The notes under the pieces are model-generated. The model saw nothing but the letters and a program-made list of their open reading frames with translations, was not told the DNA's origin and did not search any database. Shown here piece after piece: positions 8,612-17,845 of a stretch of DNA of 64,000 nt. The stretch comes from an uncultured Acidobacteriota bacterium (GTDB lineage Bacteria > Actinomycetota > Acidimicrobiia > Spongiisociales > ZC4RG35), in contig CAVVMG010000001.1 in NCBI GenBank assembly GCA_963749415.1, forward strand, positions 1,575,581-1,639,580, written 5' to 3'. The position numbers and the translations under genes are program-made. The first letter of the stretch is position 1. Each line of letters begins with the position of its first letter.

Positions 8612-10062
8612 CGGCGATCCTGGATGAGCTGAGGGCCGGGGGCAAGACCGGCCTGTACATCGGTGGAAAGTGGGTCGAGGGCTCCGGTGAGATGCCCGTT
8701 GTCGATCCTGCCACGGAAGAAGTGCTGGTGGATGTGGGGCTGGCCGAGGCAGCGCACGGTGAAGAGGCGGTGACGGCCGCACACGAAGCAGCCAAGCCAT
8801 GGGCGGCTACGGCTCCCCGGGAGCGTGGTGAGATCCTGAGGCGGACCTTCGACCTGATGCGGGCCCGTGAGGAGGACCTGGCGGAGCTGATCGTGCTCGA
8901 GAACGGGAAGGCGTTTGCCGATGCCCTCGCCGAGGTCCGATATGCCGCCGAGTTCTTCCGGTGGTTCTCCGAAGAGGCCGCTCGGGTCGGTGGAGAGGTG
9001 CGGACGGCGCCGGCCGGCGACAAGCGGATCATGACTCTCCGCCAGCCAGTCGGGGTGTCGGTGATGGTCACCCCGTGGAACTTTCCCGCGGCGATGGCGA
9101 CCAGGAAGCTCGGCCCGGCGCTCGCTTCCGGCTGCACCGCGATCGTCAAACCCGCGTCCGATGCCCCTCTCACCACGCTTGCCGTGGTCCATCTGATGGA
9201 GGAGGCCGGTCTGCCCCCCGGTGTGGTCAACGTGATCGTGGCCAAAGGCTCGTCGGGAGTCATCGAGACGGTCCTTCGAGACCCACGGGTGAGGAAGCTG
9301 TCGTTCACCGGCTCGACCGAGGTTGGCCAGACCCTGCTCCAGGTGGCCTCCGATCAGGTTCTCCGGGTGTCGATGGAGCTCGGGGGCAACGCGCCGTTTC
9401 TCGTCTTCGACGACGCCGACCTCGACGCCGCTCTGGAGGGAGCCATGGTCGCCAAGATGCGCAATGCCGGTGAGGCCTGCACTTCGGCCAATCGGTTCTT
9501 GGTCCACGAAGCCGTTGCCCAAGAGTTCACCAGCATGCTTGCCGGTGCGATGAGCGCTCTGAAGGTGGGGCCCGGGATCGATCGCTCCAACCAGGTGGGC
9601 CCGATGATCAATGGGCGGGCCCGGGATGACATCTCGTCATTGGTGCAATCGGCGGTGGACGACGGGGCCGAAGTGGTCACCGGGGCCACGGTGCCCGACC
9701 GTGTCGGTTACTACTACACGCCAACGGTGCTCGGTGGGGTGCCGGCCGACGCCGACATCCTGCAACAGGAGATCTTCGGCCCGGTGGCGCCGGTGGTGAC
9801 CTTCGAGAACGACGAGGAGGCGATCGCTCTCGCCAACGACACCCCGTACGGGTTGGCCTCCTATCTCTACAGCGGCGACCTCGCCCGGGGGCTGAGAGTG
9901 GCCGAGGCCATCGAATCGGGGATGGTGGGCGTCAATCGCGGCCTGGTCTCCGACCCGGCAGCCCCTTTTGGTGGGGTCAAGCACTCCGGAATCGGCCGTG
10001 AGGGCTCCCACGAGGGGATGGACGAATACCTGGAGACCAAGTACATCGCGGTCAACTGGTAG
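8608..10062 (+). CDS. gabD: NAD(P)-dependent succinate-semialdehyde dehydrogenase
   Basis: TPWNFPAAMATRK, FTGSTEVG, MELGGNAPF, RNAGEACT, EIFGP, PFGGVKHSGIGREG. ATGA overlap with the upstream gene. Confidence 0.85.
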   Translation: MTAILDELRAGGKTGLYIGGKWVEGSGEMPVVDPATEEVLVDVGLAEAAHGEEAVTAAHEAAKPWAATAPRERGEILRRTFDLMRAREEDLAELIVLENGKAFADALAEVRYAAEFFRWFSEEAARVGGEVRTAPAGDKRIMTLRQPVGVSVMVTPWNFPAAMATRKLGPALASGCTAIVKPASDAPLTTLAVVHLMEEAGLPPGVVNVIVAKGSSGVIETVLRDPRVRKLSFTGSTEVGQTLLQVASDQVLRVSMELGGNAPFLVFDDADLDAALEGAMVAKMRNAGEACTSANRFLVHEAVAQEFTSMLAGAMSALKVGPGIDRSNQVGPMINGRARDDISSLVQSAVDDGAEVVTGATVPDRVGYYYTPTVLGGVPADADILQQEIFGPVAPVVTFENDEEAIALANDTPYGLASYLYSGDLARGLRVAEAIESGMVGVNRGLVSDPAAPFGGVKHSGIGREGSHEGMDEYLETKYIAVNW

Positions 10063-10065
10063 CGG

Positions 10066-10533
10066 TCAAGCGTCGGGCGCAGGCTCCAGGATCACGACGG
10101 CGGTCTCACCGGACCGGAGTGCGGCATATCCGTCCAGGTTCTTGTCGATCTCTTGCCACCTGGTCCAAAGACGCGACCGTTCCTCCCCGTCCGCGGCCCG
10201 CCCCGTTACCTGGCGTCGACTGTCGGAGACTTCGACCGTTGCTTGGGGATGAGCCTGGAGGTTGAGCCACCAAGCAGGCTCGGGGTCGGCCCATCCGTTC
10301 ATCGCCATGGTGACCAGGTTGGGGCCATCCTCGAAATAGCCAAGGATCACGCTCCGTTCCTGGCCGCTGCGACGCCCGGTCGTGGTGAGGCGCATCATCC
10401 CGTACTGGTTGGCCTTGGGAGGACGCAATCCGAATCGGCCGCCAGTCGCGCGGTACAAGCCCCGATGTACGGCCCATGCGAGACGAACGAACCAACGGGG
10501 GGGAAGCCGCACCGGTTTGTGGTCGTCTGCCAT
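10066..10533 (-). CDS. Deazaflavin (F420)-dependent nitroreductase family oxidoreductase
   Basis: LTTTGRRSGQER, NGWADPEPAWWLNLQAHP. Start trimmed to MADDHK. Confidence 0.85.
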   Translation of the reverse strand: MADDHKPVRLPPRWFVRLAWAVHRGLYRATGGRFGLRPPKANQYGMMRLTTTGRRSGQERSVILGYFEDGPNLVTMAMNGWADPEPAWWLNLQAHPQATVEVSDSRRQVTGRAADGEERSRLWTRWQEIDKNLDGYAALRSGETAVVILEPAPDA

Positions 10534-10609
10534 CGAGTGCCCCTCCGAGATGCTGGTTGACCAGGGTAGTTGGGGCCGGATCGAGCCCGATTGAGGGCCG
10601 GAAGGGTGT

Positions 10610-10954
10610 CTACATCGACAGGAAGGGCGTGAAGAGTCGGACCTCGCTGCCTGCCATCTTCTCTCTGAGCTCTGCGCTCGGCTCACCGAGGAGTTCGCCG
10701 GAGACTGATCCCGTCGCAAGGACTGCATCGACGAGGTCGCCGAGGTTCGCGGTGTGCTCGATGAGCGCCTCGGAGTCCCTGAATCGTTCGTGGACGATTG
10801 CCTCGGACTGGTCCTCGTTGAAGTAGGTGTCGTACTGCAAGGTTCCGGTGTCCTTGGTCCGCACGATCTCCATGCATTGTGCGGACAAGCGCTTGAACTC
10901 GTCGAGCTTGCCCTCGTGAAACTTGAACCGAGCGATGCCGTGAAGTTCACTCAT
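10610..10954 (-). CDS. Antibiotic biosynthesis monooxygenase (ABM) domain protein
   Basis: GKLDEFK...DTGTLQY...VHERFRDSEALIEH. GGAGG SD before MSELHG. Confidence 0.8.
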   Translation of the reverse strand: MSELHGIARFKFHEGKLDEFKRLSAQCMEIVRTKDTGTLQYDTYFNEDQSEAIVHERFRDSEALIEHTANLGDLVDAVLATGSVSGELLGEPSAELREKMAGSEVRLFTPFLSM

Positions 10955-11180
10955 TGCGCCGACCTCCGGTCTTTTGCGGATTGCGTACCGCGTCAGGGTT
11001 CTGGTGCTCGGGTAACGCCATGTCTCCCGTTCATTCCTCAATGTCTCACAACGAAGCCGCGTGCTGGCCGCGAACAGCGAAGCATTGCACGCTGTCGCTG
11101 TTCGGAATGCTCCCGGAGAAAAAAGGGACGAGCACGCGCCCGCCCTCGGGGCGGCCCTTTCGCGTCACGGTCGGGTTGCC

Positions 11181-11822
11181 TTACAGACCTGTCTTGTCCA
11201 CTCCATAGGTGGCCTGCTCGGTGGTGAACCCCTCGTACTCCAATTGGTCGATCAGACCAGATCGCGAGAACGACGAGAACTCCAGGTATTGCTCGGCTGA
11301 TTTCCAAGCCTGCTCGTTCCAATCGACGTCGAGATAGTCGACGGCCAAGGCTGCCTCGGCGTTGCTAAACCCCTCGTACTCCAACTGTCCGATCAACCCC
11401 GAACGAGAGAAAGCGGAGAAGTTGAGATAACTCTCGGCCGACTCAATCGCATTCTGCTCCGACAGGGTGAACTCAGCAGTCGTCGTCGTCGAAGCCTGGG
11501 TGGTTGTGGTCGTGGCTCTGGTGGTTGTGGTCGTGGCTCTGGTGGTGGTGGTCGTGGGCCTGGTGGTGGTGGTCGTGGGCCTGGTGGTTGTGGTCGTGGC
11601 CGGAGCCTGTGTGGTGGTCGGAGCCGCGGCCACGGTGGTGGCTGGAGCCGCGGCCACGGTCGTCACCGTGGGGTCCTCAGAGCCGGTGGCGGAGCCGATT
11701 CCGAAGCCGACCACTAAAGCGGCGGCAGCGATGGCGAAAGTACGGCCCATGCCACTCTTAGGCTTGGGGCTAGCTCCATCCGGTAATACGGGCGGCGTGG
11801 GTTCAGGTGGGAGTTGTGTCAC
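11181..11822 (-). CDS. Ltp-family surface protein with two Ltp repeats and a Thr-rich stalk
   Basis: N-terminal TM helix; two repeats NAIESAESYL..FSRSGLIGQL.YEGF and QAWKSAEQYL..FSRSGLIDQL.YEGFT..QATYGV. Confidence 0.85.
   Translation of the reverse strand: MTQLPPEPTPPVLPDGASPKPKSGMGRTFAIAAAALVVGFGIGSATGSEDPTVTTVAAAPATTVAAAPTTTQAPATTTTTRPTTTTTRPTTTTTRATTTTTRATTTTTQASTTTTAEFTLSEQNAIESAESYLNFSAFSRSGLIGQLEYEGFSNAEAALAVDYLDVDWNEQAWKSAEQYLEFSSFSRSGLIDQLEYEGFTTEQATYGVDKTGL
11499..11603. repeat. About five 21-bp tandem repeats encoding the Thr-rich linker (TTTTTR[A/P])
   Basis: GGTGGTTGTGGTCGTGGCTCT x2, GGTGGTGGTGGTCGTGGGCCT x2, plus one divergent copy. Confidence 0.85.
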
Positions 11823-12032
11823 TGTCTGTCTTTCTGTCTCAGGCGGGGCGTTCTGCTACCGGCTCGGTGGGCGCGTTGATCTAGGCGCTTGGTGAAGGGT
11901 TCACAATTGGAGAGTACGAGAATCTCCAACTACTTCAACGCGAAACCGTGGGCCGATCGACCCTATTGGAGGCGCAGCATCCGCGAGGGCACAGGCACCC
12001 GGAACACGCTCCGTTGAGACTTGACTGTCGAC

Positions 12033-13410
12033 CTAGCTCTCCGTCTCCCAATCTCGGGTGGGGAGCCATGGCAGGTCGTTGAAGGTCTGTGGGTCGGGCC
12101 GGACCTCAGGTGCCGCTTCGGGTTCGGGAACGAGGGCGGGCTTAGCGAGCTTGGGGGCGGGCGGTTGCCACGGCGAAACGTCTTGGACGACCTGGCCGTA
12201 GAAGCTCGTGATTAGGCCGAGGACCGAGGTGATGAACCCGAGGCTCTTCTTGCCCGCGGCTCGGCCCATGCCCATCTCGGCGCGGGCCACGACTCGGAAG
12301 CGGTGCGGTTCCCTCTTCTCATCATCGAGAGGGGCGAAACGATCCTCTCGGGTTTGATCGAGCGTCGCCGAGGTCGGGGTCCGGGCGTTGCGGGCGTAGA
12401 CCTCGATCACGGTATGCCCCGGTGCCTCCCCGAGTTGGTTGACCAACCAGGAGACTCGACCCCGGGCCCCGAGGTCTTGGGGGGCCAGGACATCGAGAGA
12501 CGTGGTAAGACGCCGGGACCGCAGGTTGGCCTCGACCATGAGGTCACCCGCCGTGTTGGGTATACGCAGTGCCCCGGCGAGACGCCCAGTCGAAATCAGG
12601 GAATCGACCAGGGCAGCGGCTCTCTGGCGGTGTTCGGTCTGACCCCGTGGGAACACCGGGTCAACATCCTCACCAATCTCGGCGCTGAGTTGGAGGGCGG
12701 CGAAGCGAAGCAACTGATCCCAGCGCCCGACCACATCCTCGATCCCCCCGAGCGCCGGGTTAGCGGGCCTCTTCCCGAGCGCCGTCCCGAATCCCGACCC
12801 AAGCCTGACCCATATCCGCAAAGTCGAGGGCACCCGATGCCGGGTGCTGTAGGTAACGGATCAATTCATCGAGCAACCAAGCTTGCTCGGAGTCAGCGAT
12901 TCCTTTGTGCCTCTTGATCCTTATCGCGGCGCTGACGATGGCGCTCCACGAAAGGTGAGAAACGGTGACTCTGGCGTTGGCCCGGACTTTGAGCCCTTGC
13001 GTCGGGTGGATGCCCTCTTGGGGTCCGAGTTCATTGGAGATGGTGAGGACATGATTGACCCCATACTCCCGAGCCAAGTCCCAATATGCGTTGATCTGAT
13101 CAGCGGTGAGCACATTGCTCCCGGTCTTGACTTCGACAAAGGCCGACCACATCGACTTGCCGAAGCCGACTTGGATCAGGCCATCGGGCCGGACCCTTTT
13201 TCCGGGAGTGTTGACCTCGATAAAGGTCTCCACCGTGGCCTTCTGCGCCTTCGATGCTCCCAAAGGGGAGAGGAGGTCGATAGAGAGGTCACGGACCACG
13301 CTGAGGACCGCAAGCAGCGCCGAGGTCGCCCTTTGCTCCGCCTCCTGAACGGAGCCAATCCCCGAAACCGGGATCAGACGCGCCTTGGTTCGGACAGGAT
13401 CGGTCGGCAT
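12033..13410 (-). CDS. Restriction-endonuclease-like PD-(D/E)XK protein (actinobacterial 'stress response' type), frameshifted near 12770
   Basis: ARLIPVSGI..EQRATSALLAVL, RPDGLI...FVEVKTG, VLTISN. The C-terminal half continues in another frame (ORF 12033-12833). Confidence 0.6.
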
Positions 13411-13501
13411 AAGCCCGAAGCTACTCAACCGCCTTTGTTGGGCGGCGTTGGCTCTTCTTGCCACATGAATGGGCCGCCAACCAGCACCCTCACCGAAATC
13501 G

Positions 13502-14732
13502 CTAGGGCGGGTCAGGCCCGGTCGTGTAGGTGTGGCCGAGGGGGCTGGTCCACTGGTAGATGCCAGGCTTGGTTCGTTTCATCTTCCATCCGGCATGTTT
13601 GAGCCGGTGGTCGTGTCGACAGAGTGGGGAGAGGTTGTCGGTGGTGGTGGGTCCGCCTTCGACCCAGGCTCTGGTGTGGTCGAGGTCACATTCGGTGGCG
13701 GGCATCCGACATCCCGGGAAGACACAGGTCGGCGTCTGGGTTTGGACTTGGCGGGTCTGGTGAATGGTGGGTCGTCTCCTGGTGGTCCCGGTCCATACCG
13801 GCTCCCCGTTCTCGGTGACGGTGACCCGATGGGTGGAACTGGTCTGCTCCCGGGCTACCTGGCGGGCGATGTCGGCGATCACCGGTCCGTACCCGTTGAG
13901 CTCACCAGGAGCCTCGGGGAGTCCGGCGAGGAGTGGTCAGATCGACGGTGATGTCCACCGTCCCCCGGTCGGCTCCTGAGCCGGCCGTACGACCATGGAG
14001 CAGGTCCAAGAAGACATCGGCTCGGAGCTGGTCGATGGATCGGGACTCGCCCTTGGCGGCAAGCCTCGGGCCAGCCGGTTGATCCGACGCATCACCGCCT
14101 GGGTTTCCGCGGCGGGTAATTGGAGACCGTAGAGGTTGGCGGTCCCATCCGGGTTGGCCTCCGATGCTCACCCGCCGCTCTGTGACACCCTGCTGTAACG
14201 CTTCTTGAGCCGAATCAGGGTCGACGGTGATCACCAGACGGGCGAGACGGGCCCGCAAGCTGTCCGCTGTCGTCTGACCCGACGCCCGTTCCATCGCCTC
14301 GCCTACGACCCGGTTCCGGACCTCGGATTCGAGATGGGAGGTCTGATCCACGATCACCATCGCCCTGGGCACATCCAACAGACCGGACTGCAGCGCCTCC
14401 CACACCTGCGGGTAGTCGACCACAAGTCGCCGGGCGAAACCCAACTGGAATTCCGCCGAACGACGGGTCAGATGCAATGCGGCACGGATCTCATCCGCGG
14501 CGGCATCGGTAGCCAACTCCAGATCCAATTCTTCGGTGGACTCGGCCACTGCGTTCATCGTGGCGTAGACCCGAGCCTGATAGTGATCCGCTTGCCGACG
14601 CTCCGCCCGCAACAACAGCACCCGGTCATGACCCGACAAGGAATCCCGGTCGATCGAAGCCAGAAACCCGGCCAACGCTGGCCCCGGCTCCATCTCGGCG
14701 AGGCCCTTCGGTATACCCGAGCTATCGAACAT
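13502..14732 (-). pseudogene. DUF222 + HNH endonuclease (REP13E12-like), several frameshifts
   Basis: MFD start; AADEIRAALHLT; GLLDVPRA; C-terminal CVFPGC...DLDH...GGPTTTDNLSPLCRHDHRLKH...WTSPLG. Split across frames, either real decay or assembly error. Confidence 0.8.
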
Positions 14733-14740
14733 ATGTTCGT
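14725..14740. promoter_or_regulatory. LexA (SOS) box overlapping the DUF222/HNH start codon
   Basis: TCGAAC-ATAT-GTTCGT versus the actinobacterial consensus TCGAAC-N4-GTTCGA. Confidence 0.8.
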
Positions 14741-14762
14741 AGCGTACCGACCCCCACCGACA
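14741..14762 (-). promoter_or_regulatory. PafBC/RecA-NDp promoter TGTCGG-N10-TACGCT
   Basis: Minus strand reads TGTCGG TGGGGGTCGG TACGCT, an exact match to TGTCGG-N10-TA-N3-T, 8 nt before ATG 14732. Confidence 0.75.
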
Positions 14763-14814
14763 GAATTCCATACCCCCGTTGGCGAAATTAGAAGAATTCT
14801 CCGGCGAGTTGGTC

Positions 14815-16290
14815 CTAACCCACCGTCCCCTGACTTATCTGGACCGTCTTCACCTCGGAGTGGAAATCGAGGGCATAGTCGCCGCCCTCCCGGCCGATGC
14901 CCGAAATCCGGCAACCACCGAAGGGGGCGGTCAGATCCCTGACCAGGAAGGTGTTGACCCAAATGGTCCCGGCCCGGATACCTCGCCCAACCCGCTGTGC
15001 CCGCTCCTCGGACCCGGTGTAGACGATCCCCGAGAGGCCGTACTGGGTGGAGTTGGCGAGGTCGATGGCTTCTTCCTCGTCACCGAACGTCTGGTAGGTC
15101 AGCACCGGCCCGAACACCTCACGCTGCACGACCTCGGAGTCGTTGGACTTGGGCTCGATCAGAGTCGGCTCGTACCAGAGACCGTCCTGTTTCCAGCGCT
15201 CCCCACCGCGCACGATGCGATCGCCGGCAGCCCGGGCCCGTTCCACGAAGCCCTCGACCCGCGCAAGATGTTCGGGGTGGATCAGTGGGCTGATCGTGGT
15301 CTGCGGGCTCCGGCTGTCACCGAGGACGTGTTCGTCCGTAAAACGGTGGAACATCTCCAGGAACTCGCTCGACACCGATCCCTCGACGAGGAGCCGGGTC
15401 CCGGCGAGGCAGACCTGGCCGGCGTCGTCGTACTGGAGGGCAGCTTTGCGGGCGGCCGCTTCGAGATCAGAGTCGGCGAACACGATGAACGGCCCTTTTC
15501 CTCCCAACTCTGCGGTGAAGGGGACGATGTTGCGCGCCGCGGCGACTCCGATGTGACGGGCGGTCTCCGGTGATCCGGTGAAGGAGATGCGCCGGACCCG
15601 GCGATCGGAGACCAGTGCCGCTCCTACTTCCTCACCGATTCCCTGGACCAGGTTGAACACTCCGTGGGGAATCCCCGCCTCCTCGGCCAGGTCGGCGAGA
15701 ACTGAAGCGGATAGAGGGGCCCACTCTGCCGGTTTGAGGATCACCGGGTTCCCGGCGGCCAGAGCCGGGGCCAGCTTCCACGTGGAGAGGATCCACGGTG
15801 CGTTCCACGGGGTGATGATCACCGCGGGCCCGGCAGGCATCCTCTGCACCTGGTTGTCGGTGCCCTTGGAAGACCAGGTCCGCCCTTGGTAGTCGGCTGC
15901 CAATGCTGCGTAATTGCGAAAATTCTCCGCACCGCGATGGATCCCCCGAGCGCGCAGGCTCTCGAGGAGCATGGCCATGTCGACACACTCGACTTGGGCG
16001 ATTGCTTCGATGCTCTGGTCGATGAGGTCGGCGAGGCGATTGAGGAGCTCACCTCTCTCGTCGGCCGACCGGCCGGACCAATCGGGGAAGGCGTCGACTG
16101 CGGCGCTGATCGCGGCGTCGGCGGTGAGCGCGTCGCCACGGGCGACATCGGCGAGCTTCCAGTCCCAATCGAGGGGGGAGCGAGACTCGAATGTCGCCTC
16201 TGACGACACCCGCTTCCCGCCGATGTAGTGATCAGGGGAGACCGCGAGGTCGGAGATGTCGACGCGTGCGCTGGGCAGGGTGTTGGTCAA
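14815..16290 (-). CDS. hpaE: Aldehyde dehydrogenase, 5-carboxymethyl-2-hydroxymuconate semialdehyde dehydrogenase-like
   Basis: ITPWNAP, KPAEWAP, FTGS, ELGGK, GQVCLAGTR, VRDLTAPFGG..SGIGREGG. Confidence 0.75.
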   Translation of the reverse strand: MTNTLPSARVDISDLAVSPDHYIGGKRVSSEATFESRSPLDWDWKLADVARGDALTADAAISAAVDAFPDWSGRSADERGELLNRLADLIDQSIEAIAQVECVDMAMLLESLRARGIHRGAENFRNYAALAADYQGRTWSSKGTDNQVQRMPAGPAVIITPWNAPWILSTWKLAPALAAGNPVILKPAEWAPLSASVLADLAEEAGIPHGVFNLVQGIGEEVGAALVSDRRVRRISFTGSPETARHIGVAAARNIVPFTAELGGKGPFIVFADSDLEAAARKAALQYDDAGQVCLAGTRLLVEGSVSSEFLEMFHRFTDEHVLGDSRSPQTTISPLIHPEHLARVEGFVERARAAGDRIVRGGERWKQDGLWYEPTLIEPKSNDSEVVQREVFGPVLTYQTFGDEEEAIDLANSTQYGLSGIVYTGSEERAQRVGRGIRAGTIWVNTFLVRDLTAPFGGCRISGIGREGGDYALDFHSEVKTVQISQGTVG

Positions 16291-16326
16291 CAGGTCAAAT
16301 ATAGACTTCCGCCCCTCAGTGAACTC

Positions 16327-16872
16327 ATGCCCGGGCCCCTAAGAGACCGCGATCCGGAAGTAGTGCTGGAGGCCGAACGGGACATCAGGGCCCGGCTCGG
16401 CGACCGGCCCCTCGACTTCGAGGCGATGCTTGCGGTGTCCAACATCTATCGGGCAGCAAACGCGGTCCGCAACCGGATGGAGCGCGAGGTCCTTGCGCCC
16501 GAGGGTCTGTCCTGGGGCGGATTCACCATCCTCTTCGTCCTTTGGGTCTGGGGAGAGAGTGAAACCGCCCAACTCGCCGAGGACTGCGGTCTGGCCAAAG
16601 GAACCCTGAGCGGGATGCTGGGCACTCTGGAGAAAGGCGGCCTCGTGGAGCGGAAGCGACATCCCGAAGACGGGCGCCGGGTCACAGTTCATCTCCTCGA
16701 CCCGGGTTTGGACTTGATCGAGACGGTGTTTCCACAATTCAACCGGTACGAGGCCAAGTTCACTGCGGCGCTCGATCCAGAGGAGCGCCTCGAGCTCGCC
16801 CGTTTGCTGCGTCAGGTCACCGCCACCGCCGACGGTGTGCCGCTCGTGGCCGGCCCACCGCCCGCCGGGTAG
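16327..16872 (+). CDS. MarR family transcriptional regulator
   Basis: GLSWGGFTIL, LAKGTLSGML..LEKGGLVER..HPEDGRRV; divergent from hpaE. Confidence 0.88.
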   Translation: MPGPLRDRDPEVVLEAERDIRARLGDRPLDFEAMLAVSNIYRAANAVRNRMEREVLAPEGLSWGGFTILFVLWVWGESETAQLAEDCGLAKGTLSGMLGTLEKGGLVERKRHPEDGRRVTVHLLDPGLDLIETVFPQFNRYEAKFTAALDPEERLELARLLRQVTATADGVPLVAGPPPAG

Positions 16873-16912
16873 GATTTCATTCGCTGCCTAACGAATCCGA
16901 GGAGGACCTGCC

Positions 16913-17788
16913 ATGGGTGAGGTCGTCGGCGCAGGGCTGATCAGCCATGCTCCCACCATCATGTTCGACGAGGCGACCCGCCTCGAGATCAACGAGGGCA
17001 AGGAGATCAGCCTCGTCCCCGGTCTCAAGCGCCTGCGCACCGAGGTCTTCGATCGGCTGCAGCCCGACACCATCGTGATCGTCGACTCACATTGGTTCTC
17101 CACCGTCGAGCACATACTGTCCGCTCACGAGAGGCGCGAGGGGGTCTTCACCTCCTCGGAGCTCCCTCGTGGCATGGCCCGGATCCCCTACGACTACACC
17201 GGTGACCCCGAGCTGGCCAAGCTCGCCGCCGACCTGGGTTCCGAATTGGGCACTCCCACCCACGCCTCGGAGGACGACTACCTCCCTGTCTACTACGCCA
17301 CGATCAACCTGCTCCACTACCTGCGAAAGGACGAGAACGTGGTCTCGGTGTCGGTGGTGCAGACCGGTGACACCGATGACTTCATGACGATGGGTGAGGC
17401 AATCGGCGAAGCGATCGCACGACTCGACCGCCGCGCCGTGATCCTGGCGTCGGGCGGGATGAGCCACACCTTCTGGCCGCTCAAGGACCTTCCCAAGCAC
17501 GAGGCATCGGACCCGGTCCACATCATCACCCCCGAGGCCCGGGCCGCCGACGAGGAGAGGCTGGAGATGATGCGCGCCGGAGACCACGCCCGGCTCGTCG
17601 ACACGATGGGCGACTATTTCGATCATGCGCCCGAGGGGAATTTCGGCCATTACCTGATGATGCTGGGGGCGATCGGGGGTCGGGACTGCGCCGCGATCGG
17701 CGAGATGTACTCCGAATACGAGAACGCCACCGGGACGGGTCAGGTCCACGTCTGGTTCGAGAAGCCCGCCGGAGGCTGGACCGGCTGA
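16913..17788 (+). CDS. LigB-family extradiol ring-cleavage dioxygenase (homoprotocatechuate 2,3-dioxygenase-like)
   Basis: SHAPT, PDTIVIVDSHW, ASGGMSH, YENATGTGQ. GGAGGA SD. Confidence 0.8.
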   Translation: MGEVVGAGLISHAPTIMFDEATRLEINEGKEISLVPGLKRLRTEVFDRLQPDTIVIVDSHWFSTVEHILSAHERREGVFTSSELPRGMARIPYDYTGDPELAKLAADLGSELGTPTHASEDDYLPVYYATINLLHYLRKDENVVSVSVVQTGDTDDFMTMGEAIGEAIARLDRRAVILASGGMSHTFWPLKDLPKHEASDPVHIITPEARAADEERLEMMRAGDHARLVDTMGDYFDHAPEGNFGHYLMMLGAIGGRDCAAIGEMYSEYENATGTGQVHVWFEKPAGGWTG

Positions 17789-17845
17789 AATCTCCCAGCC
17801 TGCTTGCCGTGATCTGCCCCGGCGTCATGCCACAATTTCACGGAG

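Noticed and set aside
10066-10950. 294-aa ORF joining the ABM region to the nitroreductase
   Set aside because: The first ~140 aa are an out-of-frame reading of the ABM gene; the real start is ATG 10533.
11071-11104. Inverted repeat CGAACAGCGA...TCGCTGTTCG as a mobile-element end or LexA site
   Set aside because: There is a single copy, the spacing does not fit a LexA box and no transposase is nearby. It is probably an ordinary hairpin or operator.
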